The notes beneath the pieces were generated by a model. That model did no database searches and had not been told where the DNA came from. It worked only from the letters and a program-made list of their open reading frames with translations. Position numbers and translations under genes: made by a program. A stretch of DNA of 64,000 nucleotides from the human T2T-CHM13v2.0 reference genome, Homo sapiens, in NCBI RefSeq assembly GCF_009914755.1, contig NC_060932.1; one strand, given 5' to 3'. Each line of letters opens with the position of its first letter. Position 1 is the first letter of the stretch. Shown here piece by piece: positions 60,801-64,000 of this stretch.

Positions 60801-63010
60801 AGAAAACCTGGCCACCTTGACATTCTGTAGAACATCTTGCTGGTCCATGGTGTTGGCGACATCATCCTAACTGGATCCTGTGAACAGCAAATGGTAAATT
60901 CTGTCTCAGACAGCTTGGGATGTCAGAGTCAAATACTATAGGCTAGGGGGCTTAAATAAGATAAATTTATTTCCTCATCATTCTGGAGAATAGAAGCTCA
61001 GGATGAAGGTGCCAGCAGATTTGGTTCCTGATGGGGGCTCTATCTTAGTTCATTTGGGCTGCTGTAACAAAAATACCATAGACTGGGTGGCTTAAAAAAC
61101 AGCAGAAATTTGCTTTTCACAGTTTTCTGGGCTTGAGAATTCCAAGGTTAAGGTGCTGCCATATTTAGTGTTTGCTGAAGGCCTGCTTCTTGGCTGACAG
61201 ACAGCTGTCTTTTTGCTCTGTCCTCATACAGAAGAAAGGACCAGGCAGTTCTCTCGGGTCTCTTTAATGAGGGGGTAAAATTCATTCATGAGTGATCCAC
61301 CATCATGACCTAATTACATCACAAAGGCCCCATTGTCTAACACCATCAAAATGGGGATTTGGTTTCAGCCTATGAATTTGTGGGGGTACATGAACATTCA
61401 GCCTATAGCGTGTTTTTTCCTGGTTTGTAGACAGATGCCTTCTCACTTTGTCCTCACATGGCAGAAAGAGAGAGAGACAGAGAAAGAGAGAACAGTTTGC
61501 TGTCTCTTCTTATAAGGGGACTTGCAAGAAGTTTAGGGATAATTTTGAAAGGCAGTGGAAAAGGGAAATATTTCCAGTGGGAAGAGCAAAAGGTCTGGGG
61601 AAGATATGTACATGGATTCTCGGGAGTGGGGATAAAGTGCTTGGATTTTTGATGTTAGTCAGCCATTATCCTCAGCCACCTCTGGGCTGGTACATTCAGC
61701 TCATGAATAGAGTGCTCTTAATAACAGGGCTGGAGACAACGTGTGGGCCCACGAGCATGGGTGTCTCTCAACAAATTTAGTAATTACACAGCCCGTTGTT
61801 CTGGTAGCAGAATTCAATGCTTAGCCTGGGCAGCTCTTCATTTCTCAGAGACCTTCCAGCCTCTTCGTAGTGGGTCAGTTACAAAGCACCCTCCCCCTTG
61901 GCTGGAGCAGCAATTTTTGTTTCCCAGAATTGTTATGTATTTTAGATGTTGAATTGCCTTCACTGATAGCAATCTGCCTGGAATTACCTTCAACCGAAGG
62001 GTTGTAGAAAGCTTTCTCCATCGATGTCATATCTAATGAGTCATTGCCCCAGAACAACAGACTCATTTGAAGACAAAGCAGACATCACATCGGGGTTTCT
62101 GGCCATGGAATCCATCTGTCCTGCTATGTGTCTCACTACAGAGAAGCTGTTGAGCAGACAGAGTACTCAGCTAATGGTCATCTTCAGGGCAATGCCTTGG
62201 AGGGTTGAAGCCCTGTCCTCTGAGATAAGTCCTCAGTAAGGGCATGGAACCCATTGCTGAGTATGGTGCATGTCCCATTGGTTAGAATACAGAGCTCCAG
62301 GGCGAAGCCTCTTATTGAGGGCTCCCAGTGACCCGCTTCTGGAATTCGTGCTGCCTGTTGCTCTTCCCAGTTAAACTTAGGCTTCTGTATGTTAGCGGGC
62401 AAGGTTCTCAATGCAGAAATATTCCTCCAGAAGAAACAGTAGGCCATGACAAACAGCTGACCAGTTTGAGCTTCTACTCTATTGGAAATGCAGACAAAAT
62501 AAATAAATAAATAACAAGGAGTTGCATTTCTGGCTGGAAATTTTGGCTTCTTTAGCCATTTCCTTGATGAAAAACCATAGTACAGGACGTTGATCTGCCT
62601 TCCCCTGGGGCTGCTGAGCTTCTTAGGTATTAGCACGTCCAGGAGATTTAACTTCGATTGAGACACATATTGATTGATAAAGGATTGGAGATGGGAGGGA
62701 TTTGGCAGATGCAATTTCTTTCCATCTCTCCATTCAAGGGACTATTTGGCAGCATGCTCTTTCTCTAAGGCATGTCCTAGATGAATTGTGGGGCCGAACA
62801 CCTGTCAGCATCTTTTTCTCTTTTATGAAACTGCAGATATTTTAATTATGCATCCCAGTATATCTGCTTCTCTTTGTTTCCTGCCTCACTACAATTCTCC
62901 CATGTTTTGCTGCCCTGGGATTGCACCTCCTAATAACATATTAGAATGTACGCTGTGCCTCAAACTCAAACTCTTTTTTCCAGGGATCCCATTGGCCAAC
63001 TATCCTCCTA
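57870..63010 (+). mobile_element. Decayed ERVL provirus (LTR16-family LTRs with HERV16/ERV3-16A3-like internal region)
   Basis: Related LTR ends (ctccctgagattgtacccgcgaataaagtatgagc...tttgcctcaggctc at ~58255-58310 vs gccctgggattgcacctcctaataacatattagaa...tgtgcctcaaactc at ~62912-62968); RT remnants at 60550-60900 (SWKMMVDYPKL; KPFVFTWQ; HLDIL*NILLVHGVGDIILTG, from LVHYIDDIMLIG). Confidence 0.75.
60901..61520 (-). mobile_element. MLT1A-type LTR containing a second, complete MLT1A/MST-type LTR (61041-61410)
   Basis: Outer LTR stops at ttggttcctgatgggggctc and resumes with ttcctggtttgtagacagatgcc; inner LTR runs tatcttagttcatttgggctgctgtaacaaaaataccatagactggg...aacattcagcctatagc. Confidence 0.8.
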
Positions 63011-64000
63011 AAAATCTCCTGGCTCTCCGTATATGGTGCTGCCACTGTGCTTCCCGAGACCCTCTTTATGTTCTTCTCTTCTTCAACTGTAAAAAGTCTC
63101 ATTTCTGTTTATTCCTTTTTTACCTAATAATTTAGCTTTCTCTCACTCTCACTGGAATCTTATTAAAACTATGCCCCCAAGATCTCACCTTGTTTGTCAT
63201 ACCTACCAATTAATAAGTGTTTGAAAAAAAAAAAAAAAAACAGTATCTCACTGAGGTGAATTCTGTGGAAAGGTTTTTCTTTTTATCATGTTAACTAAAT
63301 GTGTAAATATTTGAGGGGTATCCAAAGGTCCTTCTTTTAAAACAGTCCTTTATTCCTATCTGCTTTGGTGCATGAGTGTTTAGTGTCACACTGATTTCCT
63401 GTGGGTTCAGACTTTGACTCTATCCAACGTGTGGGTATGGAGAACACATTTGGTTTGTCTGAATAGGAACACGGCCCAAGTTCACTCTTCACAGGATTTC
63501 TTTCTCTATTCTCCAAGACTCCAGCTATTGCCATAGGGAAGTATAGAATTATTTAGACTAGATCTTGATAACAAGTAGTTATCTACTTTAACAAGTCCTT
63601 TAAAGCCTGAGAGTCCTTGGATTCAAGTCTGGACAAATTTTGGCCTAATTGTCATGACTGATGGTCCTCAAAGGTCAGCCAGTCCAAATTGTGAAAATTC
63701 TTTGTATCTTGAAGAGTCTTTGACGTTTCTAGCCCTGCTGCCATTCTCAAGCACTGATTTATCAATTTTAAACAAGTATGTCCTATACAGTGGTGCCTGT
63801 GCTGGACACTGGGGATGGTGGGTTAATGAAGCTGTCACAGTTCCCACCCTTGGGAAACTTAGTGTGATGGGAAAAGTGGACAAAGACATATTACAAGTAA
63901 TTACATAATTGCTAGGACACAAAATGGTATCTGTGAAACGGCATATAATAGAGCCATATGGAATAGTCCTCTGAGCTAGGACAGAATAGGTAACGAGGCT

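Noticed and set aside
62184-62714. 176-aa minus-strand ORF
   Set aside because: Antisense to decayed ERVL internal and LTR sequence, with no recognisable domain.

Overview
This is a primate, human-like genomic window: AT-rich, CpG-poor and dominated by repeats. I found no intact protein-coding gene and no new multi-gene system. Every ORF in the track that matches a recognisable protein derives from L1; most others overlap Alu, LTR or simple-repeat sequence or look like chance frames. The window holds two ribosomal-protein processed pseudogenes (RPL26L1-type on the minus strand at ~0.6-1.4 kb; RPL23A-type on the plus strand at 22.2-22.8 kb). There are four young L1PA insertions, three of them 5'-inverted with clear target-site duplications (TSDs) and very different junctions. 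Also present are nine Alus, a MER1A DNA transposon, old L1M/L2/MIR fragments, several ERVL/MaLR LTRs, a two-LTR33 remnant, and a decayed ~5 kb ERVL (LTR16/HERV16-like) provirus with MaLR LTRs nested after its RT motif. The most unusual signal is a patchwork in the RPL26L1 pseudogene 3' UTR: a perfect fold-back plus both-strand copies of a sequence 2.2 kb away. A few strong splice-site pairs could be non-coding exons. Repeat subfamily names come from recalled consensus motifs, not from a search, and boundaries of old repeats are approximate.
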